A stretch of 64,000 nt of DNA. It comes from Hyphococcus sp. (GTDB lineage Bacteria; Pseudomonadota; Alphaproteobacteria; Caulobacterales; Parvularculaceae). Both the position numbers and the translations under genes were made by a program. This document shows, piece by piece, positions 39,059 through 51,510 of this stretch (positions are counted from its first letter, which is position 1; every line of letters starts with the position of its first letter). The stretch lies in NCBI RefSeq assembly GCF_021604585.1, contig NZ_BQJG01000003.1. The stretch is one strand, 5' to 3'. The notes under the pieces are model-generated. The model was given only the letters and a program-made list of their open reading frames with translations, searched no databases and was not told the DNA's origin.

Positions 39059-40813
39059 ATGCGGAAATGGATTTTAGCGGCGCTGCCGCTGGCGGCGCTG
39101 GCGGCGTGTGCAACGCCCCCTGAATCGGGCGCAAACCGCACGAATTCCAGCGCTAGCAAATCATCGCCCGTCGATGGGCAGTGTCCGGGCGCCGATGCCT
39201 CATCTGCTGTGGTCGTGACAGGCAGCCGCGTTTCAAGGCCGCAATTGTCGGCGCCGTCACCAGTCGCGAGAGTGGACTCTGAGCAGTTGAACTTAAAAGG
39301 CGCTGTTAAGAGCGAGCAATTCTCAAGTGCGTTGCCGCCTGCGAGCGCTTCGCCGCCGCCAGAACCGCAAATCACCGAACAATATGAAAAGACCGACCCC
39401 AACCCAGTGAAGCTGACCACCGAAGAGCCGGTCTCAACCTTCTCGTCTGACGTTGACACCACCGCCTATTCGGTAATGCGGCGCTATATCTCCTCGAACA
39501 ACCAACTGCCGCCATCCGACTCGGTGCGGGTCGAGGAATATGTCAATTATTTCGATTATCAGTATACAGAGCCAAAAAGCGCCGACGCGCCCTTTGCGCC
39601 GACGATTTGGGTGACGCCGTCTCCGTGGAACGCCGGCACGCGGCTTCTGCACATAGGCGTCAAGGGCTACGATCTTAAACCCGAAACCACGCCGGATGCG
39701 AACATCGTTCTCCTGCTTGATGTGTCGGGCTCGATGCAGGCGGAAAACAAGCTGCCTCTGGTGAAGAAGTCCGTCGAGTTGCTCGTCGATGAAATGTCGA
39801 AAGACGATCGCATCGCCATCGTCGTTTATGCTGGCGCCGCAGGTGTGGTGCTCGAACCGACGCCGGGCAACCGGAAAACCAAAATCATCGCAGCGCTAAA
39901 CTGTCTCGAAGCGGGCGGCTCCACCGCTGGCGGCGAAGGCCTCGCGCTGGCTTACAAGTTGGCCGAAGAAAACTTTGCGAAAGACAAGGTCAACCGCATC
40001 ATTCTCGCCAGCGACGGCGACTTCAATGTCGGCGTTGTCGATGCGGATTCACTGGAGGATTTCGTCGCCCGCAAGCGCAAGACCGGGATTTACCTGACCA
40101 TTCTCGGTTTTGGCGAGGGCAACTATAATGACGTTATCGCGCAAAAACTGGCGCAAGCGGGCAATGGCGCCGCCGCCTATATCGACACGCTGAACGAGGC
40201 GCGCAAAGTTTTGGTGCGCGAGTTTCGCTCGACGTTGTTTCCCATCGCCAAGGATCTGAAATTCCAGGTGGAGTTCAACCCGGCGGTGGTCGCGGAATAT
40301 CGGTTGATCGGTTATGAAACGCGCCTGCTCAACCGCGAAGACTTTAACAATGACGCCATCGATGCGGGCGATATTGGCTCCGGCCATACGGTGACAGCGC
40401 TTTATGAGCTTGCGCTTGTCGGCTCGACATCGTTGATCGATGATCTGCGTTATCAGCCACGAGAAGTGCCGACAAAAGTCTCCGATGAATGGGCGTTTGT
40501 CCGTTTACGCTATAAATTGCCCGGCGAAGAAACCAGCCGTCTTATTGAGGTGCCGTACACAGGCGTTGATCCGATACTGGAACCGAACCTGGCGAAAAGG
40601 CATGCCCCTGCGCATAAGGATGCAGATTTCGCCGCGGCTGTCGCGGCGTTTGGCCAAAAACTGCAGCGCGCCGGTTATACGGACCGCTATTCCTATGACG
40701 AGATCATCGCGCTGGCGCAGTCCGCAAAGAGCGACGACCCTTACGGCGACCGCGCCGAGTTCATCAATCTCGTCCGCGCCGCCGCCAAGATCGATGCCGA
40801 TCAAAAAGATTAG
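39059..40813 (+). CDS. von Willebrand factor type A lipoprotein (YfbK-like: vWA N-terminal module + vWA + DUF3520)
   Basis: Lipobox LAAC after [13 protein letters not shown]. The MIDAS motif is LLLDVSGSM. The C-terminal region has [19 protein letters not shown]. Start set after the gggagag SD. Confidence 0.82.
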   Translation: MRKWILAALPLAALAACATPPESGANRTNSSASKSSPVDGQCPGADASSAVVVTGSRVSRPQLSAPSPVARVDSEQLNLKGAVKSEQFSSALPPASASPPPEPQITEQYEKTDPNPVKLTTEEPVSTFSSDVDTTAYSVMRRYISSNNQLPPSDSVRVEEYVNYFDYQYTEPKSADAPFAPTIWVTPSPWNAGTRLLHIGVKGYDLKPETTPDANIVLLLDVSGSMQAENKLPLVKKSVELLVDEMSKDDRIAIVVYAGAAGVVLEPTPGNRKTKIIAALNCLEAGGSTAGGEGLALAYKLAEENFAKDKVNRIILASDGDFNVGVVDADSLEDFVARKRKTGIYLTILGFGEGNYNDVIAQKLAQAGNGAAAYIDTLNEARKVLVREFRSTLFPIAKDLKFQVEFNPAVVAEYRLIGYETRLLNREDFNNDAIDAGDIGSGHTVTALYELALVGSTSLIDDLRYQPREVPTKVSDEWAFVRLRYKLPGEETSRLIEVPYTGVDPILEPNLAKRHAPAHKDADFAAAVAAFGQKLQRAGYTDRYSYDEIIALAQSAKSDDPYGDRAEFINLVRAAAKIDADQKD

Positions 40814-40911
40814 GACGGCTAGAGCCTCATTTTCGCCCCATTGCCCGCCACAACTTTCAATCGGGCAATAGGGCGAATTGCATACGGGGCCAAAAGAAGG
40901 GGCGAGAGAGA

Positions 40912-41313
40912 ATGCATTTCCTGAAAATTTCAGCAGCGGCGGTCATCGCCGCAATGACGTTCAGTGTTGGCGACAATAGCGCAAACGCACAGCAACTATC
41001 GGACGCCGATTACGAACTTTGCAGCGTCTATAATGGCGACGATGATTTTGTCGGCTATGACAGCGTCTGTCTTGAGCGCACGCGCGCGCAGCTGCGGCGC
41101 TATCAGCGGCAATCGGCGAGCAGCGCTTCAAGCTCATCATACTCGGGCGCCTATTATTGCCCATATTACGCCAATGGCGGACGCGGCTATCCGGGCACGG
41201 TTTATACGGACGGGCGCCCGCCTTCGACCGATCCTTATGGGTCGTTTGATCGCTCCGTGAATGGTGTCCGCTGTATTTCCCGCCCGAATTACAACAGCGC
41301 CGGTTATTACTGA
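40912..41313 (+). CDS. Small secreted Tyr/Gly/Ser-rich protein with 4 Cys, hypothetical
   Basis: Signal peptide [26 protein letters not shown]. The mature part is rich in Y, G and S, for example [26 protein letters not shown]. Confidence 0.55.
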   Translation: MHFLKISAAAVIAAMTFSVGDNSANAQQLSDADYELCSVYNGDDDFVGYDSVCLERTRAQLRRYQRQSASSASSSSYSGAYYCPYYANGGRGYPGTVYTDGRPPSTDPYGSFDRSVNGVRCISRPNYNSAGYY

Positions 41314-41390
41314 CCTGCGGAACAGAATGCGTTAGCGGCGGCGGCGCTCTCCGTTTCCGGGGCTCTTGCCGCGAGGTCTTGCCGAACTGT

Positions 41391-41433
41391 AAAAATCCCG
41401 GCCCCATGGGGACAACCCATGCCGGGATTTTTT
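41391..41433 (+). terminator. Strong rho-independent terminator (A-tract/T-tract flanked, potentially bidirectional)
   Basis: aaaaatcccggc (41391-41402) pairs with gccgggattttt (41421-41432), followed by further T residues. Confidence 0.75.
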
Positions 41434-41455
41434 GCCGCGCCAGACCCGCTGACGG

Positions 41456-41484
41456 GTTGCGGGTCCCAAACCCCCTCCTTATAT
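41456..41484 (+). promoter_or_regulatory. Candidate RpoH (sigma-32) heat-shock promoter for dnaKJ
   Basis: GTTG-N18-CTTATAT compared with the alphaproteobacterial consensus CTTG-N17/18-CYTATNT. It lies 170 nt upstream of the dnaK ATG. Confidence 0.3.
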
Positions 41485-41653
41485 CCCGCCAGAACGCGGG
41501 GCTTGGCCTGATGACGGGCCGCAGCATCGCATCTGTCAAATGTCACAATAGGGGCGTGTCCGCTTCCGGCGCTTACTCGGCGCCAATCGTCTGTTGAGGG
41601 CCAAAAGGCCGGAAATAACGGGACAAGCTCGCTGAAACGGAGAAGAGACGAAA

Positions 41654-43582
<1,929 letters not shown>

Positions 43583-43600
43583 AGGCGATTGGAATAGCCG

Positions 43601-43640
43601 ATGGGGAATAGAGAAGCAAAAACCTCTGTTCCCCATTTTG
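43601..43640 (+). terminator. Hairpin/attenuator between dnaK and dnaJ
   Basis: atggggaatagag (43601-43613) pairs with ctctgttccccat (43624-43636), followed by tttg. Confidence 0.5.
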
Positions 43641-43677
43641 CTATTGCCCGCCGCCTTGAAGGGGCGCGTGAAGTTTT

Positions 43678-44847
43678 ATGGCGCAAGCATGTTACTACGA
43701 AGTTTTAGGCATTGAACGCGGCGCTGACGGCGCAGCGATCAAATCGGCGTTCCGCAAGCGCGCCATGCAATACCATCCGGACCGCAACGCCGATAATCCG
43801 GAGGCGGAGAAAAAATTCAAAGAGCTCGGCGAAGCCTATGAAGTGCTTTCCGATGAGCAAAAACGCGCCGCCTATGACCGCTTCGGGCACGCAGCCTTCC
43901 AGAATGGCGGAGGCCCTGGCGGGATGGGCGGTTTTGGCGGCGCTCGCGGGTTTGCTGGTGGGGCGGGCGCGGCAGGATTTTCCGACATCTTCGACGAGAT
44001 TTTCGGCGAGTTCATGGGCGGCCAGCGCGGCGGACGCCGGGCCGGGCCCGGGCGCGGCGCCGATTTAAAATACAATCTCGAAATCAACCTGGGCGACGCG
44101 TTTCGCGGCAAGAAAACAGAAATCAAGGTGCCGGGTTCCGTCTCTTGCGAGACCTGTGAAGGCTCCGGCGCCAAACCAGGCTCCGGTCCGGCCCAGTGCG
44201 GCACCTGTAAGGGCGTTGGCCGCGTGCGTGTGCAGCAAGGTTTTTTCACCATCGAACGCTCCTGTCCGCATTGCAATGGCGAAGGCCGGGTGATTGCTGA
44301 TCCGTGTACGGATTGTAGTGGCCAGGGCCGGGTCCGGCGCGAGCGCACGCTTTCCGTTGATATTCCGGCCGGCATTGAGGACGGCACGCGCATTCGTCTT
44401 TCGGGCGAGGGCGAGGCCGGTCCGCGCGGCGGGCCCGAGGGTGATCTTTATATCTTCGTGCATGTCGCCGAACATGATCTGTTCGAGCGCGACGGGCCGG
44501 ATTTGTTTTCGGTGATGCCGATCCCCATGACCACGGCGGCGCTGGGTGGTGAATTTGAAACACCCACGATCGATGGCGGGCGGGTTAAAATCTCCGTCCC
44601 CGAAGGGTCGCAAACCGGCAAACGCTTCCGGGTGAAATCCAAAGGCATGTCGGTGTTGAACAAACAGGGGCGCGGCGATCTTTATGTCGAGATCCAGGTG
44701 GAAACGCCCACGGGCCTCACCGCAGAACAAAAATCCCTGCTGCGCCAGTTCTGTGAATCCGGCGGCGGCGAGGCGTCATGCCCGCAATCGCGCGGCTTCC
44801 TCGACCGCGCCAAAGCGTTCTGGGAGAACGTGACCGACGGGCGGTAG
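43678..44847 (+). CDS. dnaJ: Molecular chaperone DnaJ
   Basis: J domain [32 protein letters not shown], a G/F region and CxxCxGxG zinc fingers. Confidence 0.97.
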   Translation: MAQACYYEVLGIERGADGAAIKSAFRKRAMQYHPDRNADNPEAEKKFKELGEAYEVLSDEQKRAAYDRFGHAAFQNGGGPGGMGGFGGARGFAGGAGAAGFSDIFDEIFGEFMGGQRGGRRAGPGRGADLKYNLEINLGDAFRGKKTEIKVPGSVSCETCEGSGAKPGSGPAQCGTCKGVGRVRVQQGFFTIERSCPHCNGEGRVIADPCTDCSGQGRVRRERTLSVDIPAGIEDGTRIRLSGEGEAGPRGGPEGDLYIFVHVAEHDLFERDGPDLFSVMPIPMTTAALGGEFETPTIDGGRVKISVPEGSQTGKRFRVKSKGMSVLNKQGRGDLYVEIQVETPTGLTAEQKSLLRQFCESGGGEASCPQSRGFLDRAKAFWENVTDGR

Positions 44848-44851
44848 GTGA

Positions 44852-45337
44852 TCATGCGGCGCCGACGACCTTGGCCGTTAGGTCTTGGATCGTCACCAGC
44901 CCATAAAAATAGGCAAGAATAAATAGCCAGCCGACGACTAATCCGGCCGTGAAAAGAATGTAACTAGTCCAAGCAAGGAACAACGACAGCCCTTGCCCTG
45001 TCGGACTCGGATACTCCTCTATACCTTTCAGATGCAGTCTCCAGCCGTGTAGTTTTTGCCAGATGGACAAAAATCCAGATAGGACGCCTAAAAACCCGAA
45101 GGTCGACGTGCCTGCGCCAAAGAGCGGCACAATATAGATCAGAATGGCTGCAATCGCATTGCCTTCCTCTGCGCGTGATGTGAATGCGAGCGCAGCAAAT
45201 AATATACTCTGGAAGGTTAGGGTGTAAGTGACGCGATGGTCGATCAGATTATCTTCTCGCTCAATCTGTTTAACGACTCGTTCATATAGCTCGCCCCTAT
45301 CTTGCTCGTTAAGCGTGATGGCTTTGTTTTTGGCCAT
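44852..45337 (-). CDS. Orphan 161-aa membrane protein (3 predicted TM), lower GC
   Basis: MAKNKAITLNEQDRGELYERVVKQIEREDNLIDHRV followed by three hydrophobic helices. The ATG is preceded by ggggggag. Confidence 0.55.
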   Translation of the reverse strand: MAKNKAITLNEQDRGELYERVVKQIEREDNLIDHRVTYTLTFQSILFAALAFTSRAEEGNAIAAILIYIVPLFGAGTSTFGFLGVLSGFLSIWQKLHGWRLHLKGIEEYPSPTGQGLSLFLAWTSYILFTAGLVVGWLFILAYFYGLVTIQDLTAKVVGAA

Positions 45338-45556
45338 GCTCCCCCCGAATCCAGTGTTGAAACGCGCTCCGAACCCGCGCCAGCAGACAATCTGCGGTAT
45401 TGCATTATTGCGCGCAAGACCGGCGGGTAACACTTTGGCGGGCAATGCCTGTTTTAGGAGGCAGCGATGAAGAATGGCGAAGACTGCATCAGCAATGTAT
45501 AGCTTGCAGAACGGCACGGGCGAGGGCCCGACGCCAAGGAAAAGGATTTCCTAATT

Positions 45557-46528
45557 GTGACTGAACCGTTGCCATCTTTTGCGTGGTTGGTTGATGTAGG
45601 CGGCACGAGAATACGCATCGCGAAAGTAGTTGATGGCGCGATAGTCGACACTCGCAGCCATTTAACTGGTGATTATAAAGAGCTCGGCAACGCCTTGCGC
45701 GCGTGCTTTGAAAGCGGGGATCACGCCAACGCTGATATATTTATCGGTGCGGCCGGGCCGGTGCGCAACGGTGCCGTGTGGTTGACCAACAAGGATTTTG
45801 TGGTCGATTCAGCTGTGCTCGCAGAACAGTTTCCCGGTAAGAAAATCCATCTTCTGAATGACGTTGAGGCGGTTGCATATGGTGTGTTCGATCCGCCGCC
45901 AGCAGTGGCCAGGGCGTTGCGGGAGGGAGAAGCAAGTCCCGGCGCCGCCAAGCTTGCGATCGTGCCGGGAACCGGGTTGGGGGCCGCCGTAGTGCTGTCC
46001 CGTCCGGGGCCCTTCGTTCTGCCGACAGAGTTCGGACAGCTTACAGCGGCGCCGGCAAAGTCGGAGCATCTTCCTTTGTTTGATGCGCTCATCAAGCGAT
46101 ATGGACGCTTGCCTTCGGAGTTCCTGGTGTCGGGGCCAGGCCTGTTGCGGATCTACCATGCTTTGTCAGAGTTGGATGGCTTGGGGTCTTCGTCGCATGA
46201 TGCATTGACGACTTATGAACTGTTTGATCATGCGCGGCTGGGCGATGATCCTATCGCTCAACGGACCATCGATATTTTTTCCAGCCTGCTTGGTTCAACT
46301 TGCGGCGATGGTGCGCTTGCGAACAATGCCAGCGGTGGCGTCTATCTGGCCGGCTCGCTAATGAATGCGTTTAAGGATTTGATTGCTTCGGACGAATTTG
46401 TGTCCGCGTTCGAGCAAAAGGGGTTGATCTCGCACTTTGTGAAACCGATTCCTGTATACTTGCTGACCTTTGAGGAGCCTGTACTTGAAGGACTTCTTGC
46501 GTATGCAGCGCGTACGTCGGAGTTCTGA
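45557..46528 (+). CDS. glk: Glucokinase
   Basis: WLVDVGGTRIRIA with a GTG start, 323 aa, and glucokinase-family length and C-terminus. Confidence 0.8.
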   Translation: MTEPLPSFAWLVDVGGTRIRIAKVVDGAIVDTRSHLTGDYKELGNALRACFESGDHANADIFIGAAGPVRNGAVWLTNKDFVVDSAVLAEQFPGKKIHLLNDVEAVAYGVFDPPPAVARALREGEASPGAAKLAIVPGTGLGAAVVLSRPGPFVLPTEFGQLTAAPAKSEHLPLFDALIKRYGRLPSEFLVSGPGLLRIYHALSELDGLGSSSHDALTTYELFDHARLGDDPIAQRTIDIFSSLLGSTCGDGALANNASGGVYLAGSLMNAFKDLIASDEFVSAFEQKGLISHFVKPIPVYLLTFEEPVLEGLLAYAARTSEF

Positions 46529-46541
46529 AGCGGCGATTTTC

Positions 46542-47801
46542 TTATGGAGCCTCGCCCTCCACCTCCTCAAACCTGTCCGCGCTCGCCAGCTTCGGAAACA
46601 GCTTGAACCAGGACGCAGCGGCGATCAGCGACACGCAGCCGCCGAGAATGACGGCGCCGACGGGCCCTAAAAACCGCGCCGCGACGCCGCTCTCAAACTC
46701 ACCAAGCTCATTCGACGCAGCGATGAAGATGAACGAAACGGACGAAACGCGTCCGCGCATGCCGTCCGGCGTTGCGTGCTGAACAATCGACATGCGGATA
46801 AACATCGACACCATGTCAGCGGCGCCGGTGACCGCGAGCATCGCCATCGACAGCCAGAAGAGTTCTGAAAACGCAAAGCCAAGCATGGCGAGTCCATAGA
46901 TGGCGATGGCGCCAAGCAGCCACGGCCCCACCCGCCGCTCGAGCGGATTGGCCGCCAGCACAAAGGCGATGATCGCGGCGCCGAAAGCCGGCGCGGCGCG
47001 CAACAGGCCCAACCCTTCGCTGCCCACATGCAAAATATCGCGTGCAAAGACAGGCAGAAGGGCCGTCACCCCGCCAAAAAACACCACCACCAGATCGAGC
47101 GAGATCGAGCCCAAAACCAGCTTGTTGTCGCGCACATAGCGCAGCCCGTCGAAGATCATGGATAGTCCGCGCACATTGCGCACCGGCTGATGGGTGGGCG
47201 TTCGCGCAGTGGCGAAAAAGAAAACGCCAATTGCCGTGAAACCCGCCGCCGTTGCGTAAACGAGCGGCGCACCGCCGATAAATAAAAACCCGCCAATCGC
47301 CGGGCCGATCATCGCCGCGCCCTGAAATCCTAGTGAGTTCCACGCAATCGCGGCAGGGAGTTCGTTGCGCGGGATAAGCGTCGGGTAAAGCGCGTTGGAC
47401 GCCGCCGGGGTGAACGAGCTGACCGCGCCGTTCAAAAACGCCGCGCAAAAAATCGCGGGAATGGCGATATGGGCGGGCGTGAAACTTGCGGCGTATAAGC
47501 CGGCGATCACAAAGAACCGCAGCACGTTCGACCAGACCAGAATCAGTTTGCGATTAAACCGGTCCGCCGCCTGACCGCCGGGCAGGGACAAGAGCAGGAT
47601 CGGCAGGAACTGCGTCAGCCCGACAAGGCCGAGCATGAACGCGCTTTCCTCAATCGAGCGCGTCAGGCGCGAGAGATCGTAAACCTGCCAGCCAATGGCG
47701 ATCGCCACCATCTGCCGCTCGGCGCTGATCAGCTGCCGGGCGATCCAGTAATGGCGATAGGCTTGGTGACGGAAGATCGTCAGGGAGGGGACGCGGCGCA
47801 T
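46542..47801 (-). CDS. MFS transporter
   Basis: 419 aa, 12 TM helices, with GGQAADRFNRK in loop 2-3. Confidence 0.85.
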   Translation of the reverse strand: MRRVPSLTIFRHQAYRHYWIARQLISAERQMVAIAIGWQVYDLSRLTRSIEESAFMLGLVGLTQFLPILLLSLPGGQAADRFNRKLILVWSNVLRFFVIAGLYAASFTPAHIAIPAIFCAAFLNGAVSSFTPAASNALYPTLIPRNELPAAIAWNSLGFQGAAMIGPAIGGFLFIGGAPLVYATAAGFTAIGVFFFATARTPTHQPVRNVRGLSMIFDGLRYVRDNKLVLGSISLDLVVVFFGGVTALLPVFARDILHVGSEGLGLLRAAPAFGAAIIAFVLAANPLERRVGPWLLGAIAIYGLAMLGFAFSELFWLSMAMLAVTGAADMVSMFIRMSIVQHATPDGMRGRVSSVSFIFIAASNELGEFESGVAARFLGPVGAVILGGCVSLIAAASWFKLFPKLASADRFEEVEGEAP

Positions 47802-47914
47802 ATTGCGCGCAACCTAGGCCGCACCGATTTATGCGCAACTGATAAATCATCATTTCACCATGGCTTGATCTTCCCGGGCGGCGCTGCGAGGCTCCGTGCG
47901 AATTTCTGAAGGGG

Positions 47915-48616
47915 ATGGACATGTCGTTGAAAGTCATCGGCGCCGGATTGGGCCGTACGGGAACCGCATCGCTGAAAGTCGCGCTGGAAACGCTTGGTTT
48001 CGGCAAGTGTCACCACATGAGCGAAGTGTTCGGATCGCCGCAGCAGGTCGATTTGTGGACGAAAGCTGCCGACGGGGCGCCCGACTGGCCGGCGACCTTT
48101 GATGGCTATGGCGCAGCGGTGGATTTTCCGACGGCGGCCTTCTGGCGTGAATTGGCGGCGTTTTATCCGGATGCGAAAATCATCCTCTCCGTCCGCGACG
48201 CAGAAAAATGGTGGCAATCGACGCAAGAAACCATCCTCAGCCCGCTTGCGGTGAAATCGATGCCGGGCATGCCCTTTGGACCTGTGGTGAAGAATGTGGT
48301 GTGGCGGTTTTTCGACAATGAAATACACGACCATGATCACCTGACCGCCGCCTTTAATCGCCATACAGAAGAAGTGAAAAAGGCGATTCCGAAAGAGCGC
48401 CTGCTCGTGTTTGAAGCGAAAGACGGCTGGGCGCCGCTCTGTGAATTTCTGGGCAAAGATATCCCGAGCGAGGCTTATCCGCGGGTAAACTCCAAGGAAG
48501 AAATGCGGCCGATGATGGAGGCCATGGCGGCGCAGTTTGAAGCAGGCCTCAGCGCAGAAGAGCTGAACAAAATGAACCAGACGGTTCGCGACACGGTGCA
48601 TGGCCGCAAATCCTGA
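47915..48616 (+). CDS. Sulfotransferase-family (P-loop) protein
   Basis: VIGAGLGRTGTASLKVALETLGF resembles a PAPS-binding loop. 233 aa. Confidence 0.65.
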   Translation: MDMSLKVIGAGLGRTGTASLKVALETLGFGKCHHMSEVFGSPQQVDLWTKAADGAPDWPATFDGYGAAVDFPTAAFWRELAAFYPDAKIILSVRDAEKWWQSTQETILSPLAVKSMPGMPFGPVVKNVVWRFFDNEIHDHDHLTAAFNRHTEEVKKAIPKERLLVFEAKDGWAPLCEFLGKDIPSEAYPRVNSKEEMRPMMEAMAAQFEAGLSAEELNKMNQTVRDTVHGRKS

Positions 48617-48746
48617 ATGCGCGGTGATGCTGACGCATATTATCGCCGTTGCAAAATCGCGGTTTTGAAAATGGCGCGGTGTTTGGCGGCTATGGGATGG
48701 GCGACTTCAACCAGTTCCTACATCTCGATCTGCAAATGGAGATGAC

Positions 48747-49094
48747 ATGACCAAAGACATTCTATTTCTGCTGGCGCCCGGCTTTGAAGCGAATGGTCGC
48801 CGCGAGTTCTGCCCTGAATGCGCAGAAATGTGGGGTGTACTGAGTTATTTTCCAGCGATCAAGGAAGCGCTCGACATTCGTTATGAGCCGCTTTCCCATC
48901 CGCGCGCCGGGCTGACGGCGCTGCTGGGCGACGGCGAGTGGAACTGTCCGACCTTGGTGTTGACGGAAGGCGTCGACGCCGGACCGCACGCAAAGGTCAA
49001 AACCGCAAACGGCGCGCGGTTTCTCGACAACGCCCGCGACATTGCGAAATATTTCGCTCATCGCTATGGAACCCCATTCCCGCGTGGCAGCTAA
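48747..49094 (+). CDS. DUF3088-like small protein
   Basis: 115 aa with FCPECAEMWGVLSYFP. The family call is from memory. Confidence 0.5.
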   Translation: MTKDILFLLAPGFEANGRREFCPECAEMWGVLSYFPAIKEALDIRYEPLSHPRAGLTALLGDGEWNCPTLVLTEGVDAGPHAKVKTANGARFLDNARDIAKYFAHRYGTPFPRGS

Positions 49095-49117
49095 GCCGCA
49101 CCAAAGGAGCCGTTTCA

Positions 49118-49924
49118 GTGGCCAGTAAAACATCCATTCTTGTCGCCGGCGCCGGCGGGCGCATGGGCCGGGCGGTGGTCGCGGAGATCCTGAAAACCCC
49201 GGGCGCGACGCTGGCGGGCGGTTTTGAGCGTCCCGGCGGGCTGGATATTGGTAAAGACATCGGCATCCTCGCCGGCCTTGATGCGCTGGGGCTGACGGTC
49301 GAAGACGCGCCGTCAAAGGGATTGAGTCACGCGGGGGCATTGATCGATTTCACCGCGCCCAAGGCCTCGGTTGAGAACGCCCGCGCGGCCGCGGAAAAGG
49401 GCGTCGCCCATGTGATTGGCACCACCGGATTGTCGGCGTCCGAAGAGGCCGCCATTACGGAGGCCGCGAAGACCATCCCCATCGTCAAATCCGGCAATAT
49501 GAGCGTCGGCGTTAATGTGCTGATGGCGCTGGTGGAGGCGGGCGCGAAGGCGCTGTCAGATGATTACGATATCGAAATCTTCGAGGCCCACCATAGGGCA
49601 AAGGCCGACGCGCCGTCGGGCACGGCCTTGATGCTGGGCGCGGCGGCTGCGCGCGGGCGCGGGGTTGATCTCGCCGGCAAACGCGCCTCGGGCGAGCGCT
49701 CGGGGCGACGCAAAACCGGCGATATCGGCTTTTCGGTTTCCCGTGGCGGCGGCATTGTCGGCGACCATCGCGTGACTTTTGCGGGCGCGCAGGAAGTCAT
49801 CACGCTTTCTCATTCAGCCATCGACCGGGGCCTTTTCGCCAAGGGCGCCGTGGCGGCGGCGCGCTGGGCCATGGGCAAACCGCCAGGTCTTTATTCCATG
49901 CGCGACGTGCTCGGTCTCAACTAG
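49118..49924 (+). CDS. dapB: 4-hydroxy-tetrahydrodipicolinate reductase
   Basis: ILVAGAGGRMGRAV and EAHHRAKADAPSGTA. The GTG start at 49118 follows aaaggag. The longer ORF-track start overlaps the previous gene. Confidence 0.9.
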   Translation: MASKTSILVAGAGGRMGRAVVAEILKTPGATLAGGFERPGGLDIGKDIGILAGLDALGLTVEDAPSKGLSHAGALIDFTAPKASVENARAAAEKGVAHVIGTTGLSASEEAAITEAAKTIPIVKSGNMSVGVNVLMALVEAGAKALSDDYDIEIFEAHHRAKADAPSGTALMLGAAAARGRGVDLAGKRASGERSGRRKTGDIGFSVSRGGGIVGDHRVTFAGAQEVITLSHSAIDRGLFAKGAVAAARWAMGKPPGLYSMRDVLGLN

Positions 49925-50015
49925 GCGTCTTGGTTAAAGCTGCAATTCGAACAATCGCCTAGATCATACTGAAACCAAGCGCCGCCAAAGTAGGGCCTCA
50001 TTGAAGGGGCCTTGC

Positions 50016-50540
50016 ATGCGTACGGAAATTCTCGCTGCTGCTGGAATTGTCGCCGCCGCCATTGTCGGCGTGCGCGCCATAGATGCGCGCCAGGAAGCGG
50101 CAGGGGAAGCCCCGTCCGCCGCGCCGGAACTGACGCTCGCGTCTGCGCAAGCCGCACCTTCCGGCTGGGGCGATGAAGTGCGCATTAGCGCCTCGCCTGA
50201 CCGGCAATATTACGTGAATGCAGAGGTCAACCGCCGCTCGGCCCGGTTTCTGGTCGACACCGGTGCGAGCTATGTGGCCTTGCGCGATTCCGATGCGCGC
50301 AACGCCGGCATCTATACATCGTATGCGGATTATAAATATCCGGTGCACACGGCCAATGGCGAAACCAAAGCCGCTTTTGTCACCATTGAAGAAATCGAAA
50401 TCGAAGGACTTCGCCTTGAAGGCGTCAAAGCCTTCATCCTCCAGGACGAACAGCTTGCGGTGAACCTGTTGGGCATGAGCTTTCTCTCGCGTCTTGAAAG
50501 CGTCGAAGCCCGTAAAGGCGAGTTGGTGCTGCGCGGCTGA
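50016..50540 (+). CDS. Membrane-anchored retropepsin-like (TIGR02281, clan AA) aspartic protease
   Basis: An N-terminal TM helix and FLVDTGASYVAL with the catalytic DTG. Confidence 0.8.
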   Translation: MRTEILAAAGIVAAAIVGVRAIDARQEAAGEAPSAAPELTLASAQAAPSGWGDEVRISASPDRQYYVNAEVNRRSARFLVDTGASYVALRDSDARNAGIYTSYADYKYPVHTANGETKAAFVTIEEIEIEGLRLEGVKAFILQDEQLAVNLLGMSFLSRLESVEARKGELVLRG

Positions 50541-50553
50541 ACAACCCCGTTCG

Positions 50554-51510
50554 CTACACAATGCGCCAGTTAAACCCAACCAGTTTTTCACTTTCTTGCC
50601 AGAGTCGCGCGGCGACTCTTTCTTTACGCGCGCGCCCGGCAACGCTGGCGTCGCTAACGGGCCCGCGCGCTTCCATAAAGCCGGTGGGTCCGTAATAAGC
50701 GCCGGGAACCGCTTCGGTTCCGGCCGCGCACAACACCGTTGGAATTGCACCATTGTAGGAAGGCTGCGCCATGAGCGGATTGGTGAGCTTATAGAGCGCG
50801 TTCAAAAATCCCGACGGACCAGTGTCCTGCAGCGCGGTGTTTGAATAACCGGGATGACACGCCATGCATGAAACGGAACTGCTCACGGCTTTCAGTTTTC
50901 GATCAAGCTCCAGTGCAAACATCAAATTGGCGAGTTTGCTCTGGGTATAGGCTTTGGTCGGGTCATAGCCCTTGGTCAGCATCAGATCGTTGAAATTTAT
51001 TTTACCATATTTGTGCGCGATGCTGGAAACAACAACGACGCGTCCTTTCGCGGCGTTGACTAAATCAAACAACAACCCGCCCAATAAAAAATGGCCGAGA
51101 TGATTGGTGCCGAACTGCATCTCAAACCCATCGGCGGTTTGTTGTTGCGGTGTTTGCATGATGCCAGCGTTGTTGACCAACGCATCGAGCCGGTCAGTTT
51201 TGTTTCTGAGTTCATCGGCAGCCTGCCGAACGGAGGCAAGGCTCGTAAGGTCGAGGCGCACCTGATCGCACTTGCCTTTTGCAACCATGCTGATCTCGGC
51301 GAGCGCGGCTACGCCTTTGTCGGTGTTGCGGCAACCAATGATGACATCACCACCCGCCGCCGCCAGCATTTTCGCCGCCTCTAACCCGATGCCGGAATTG
51401 CCACCGGTAATGAAATAGGTCTTGCCAGCAAGGCTCGGCAACTGATCGGGCTTCCAATCAGAAAAACCGCTATTCACAATGTTTTTTTTCACAGAGGATG
51501 TTCCTTTCAC
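50554..51510 (-). CDS. SDR family oxidoreductase
   Basis: FITGGNSGIGLE and a YxxxK motif (YTQSKLAN). Confidence 0.88.
   Translation of the reverse strand: MKGTSSVKKNIVNSGFSDWKPDQLPSLAGKTYFITGGNSGIGLEAAKMLAAAGGDVIIGCRNTDKGVAALAEISMVAKGKCDQVRLDLTSLASVRQAADELRNKTDRLDALVNNAGIMQTPQQQTADGFEMQFGTNHLGHFLLGGLLFDLVNAAKGRVVVVSSIAHKYGKINFNDLMLTKGYDPTKAYTQSKLANLMFALELDRKLKAVSSSVSCMACHPGYSNTALQDTGPSGFLNALYKLTNPLMAQPSYNGAIPTVLCAAGTEAVPGAYYGPTGFMEARGPVSDASVAGRARKERVAARLWQESEKLVGFNWRIV

Noticed and set aside
41378-41409. Sigma-32-like CTTG ... CCCCAT element upstream of dnaK
   Set aside because: The spacing is too long, at about 20-21 nt. The CCCCAT is part of the stem-loop of the 41391-41433 terminator. 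The GTTG-N18-CTTATAT candidate at 41456-41484 fits better.
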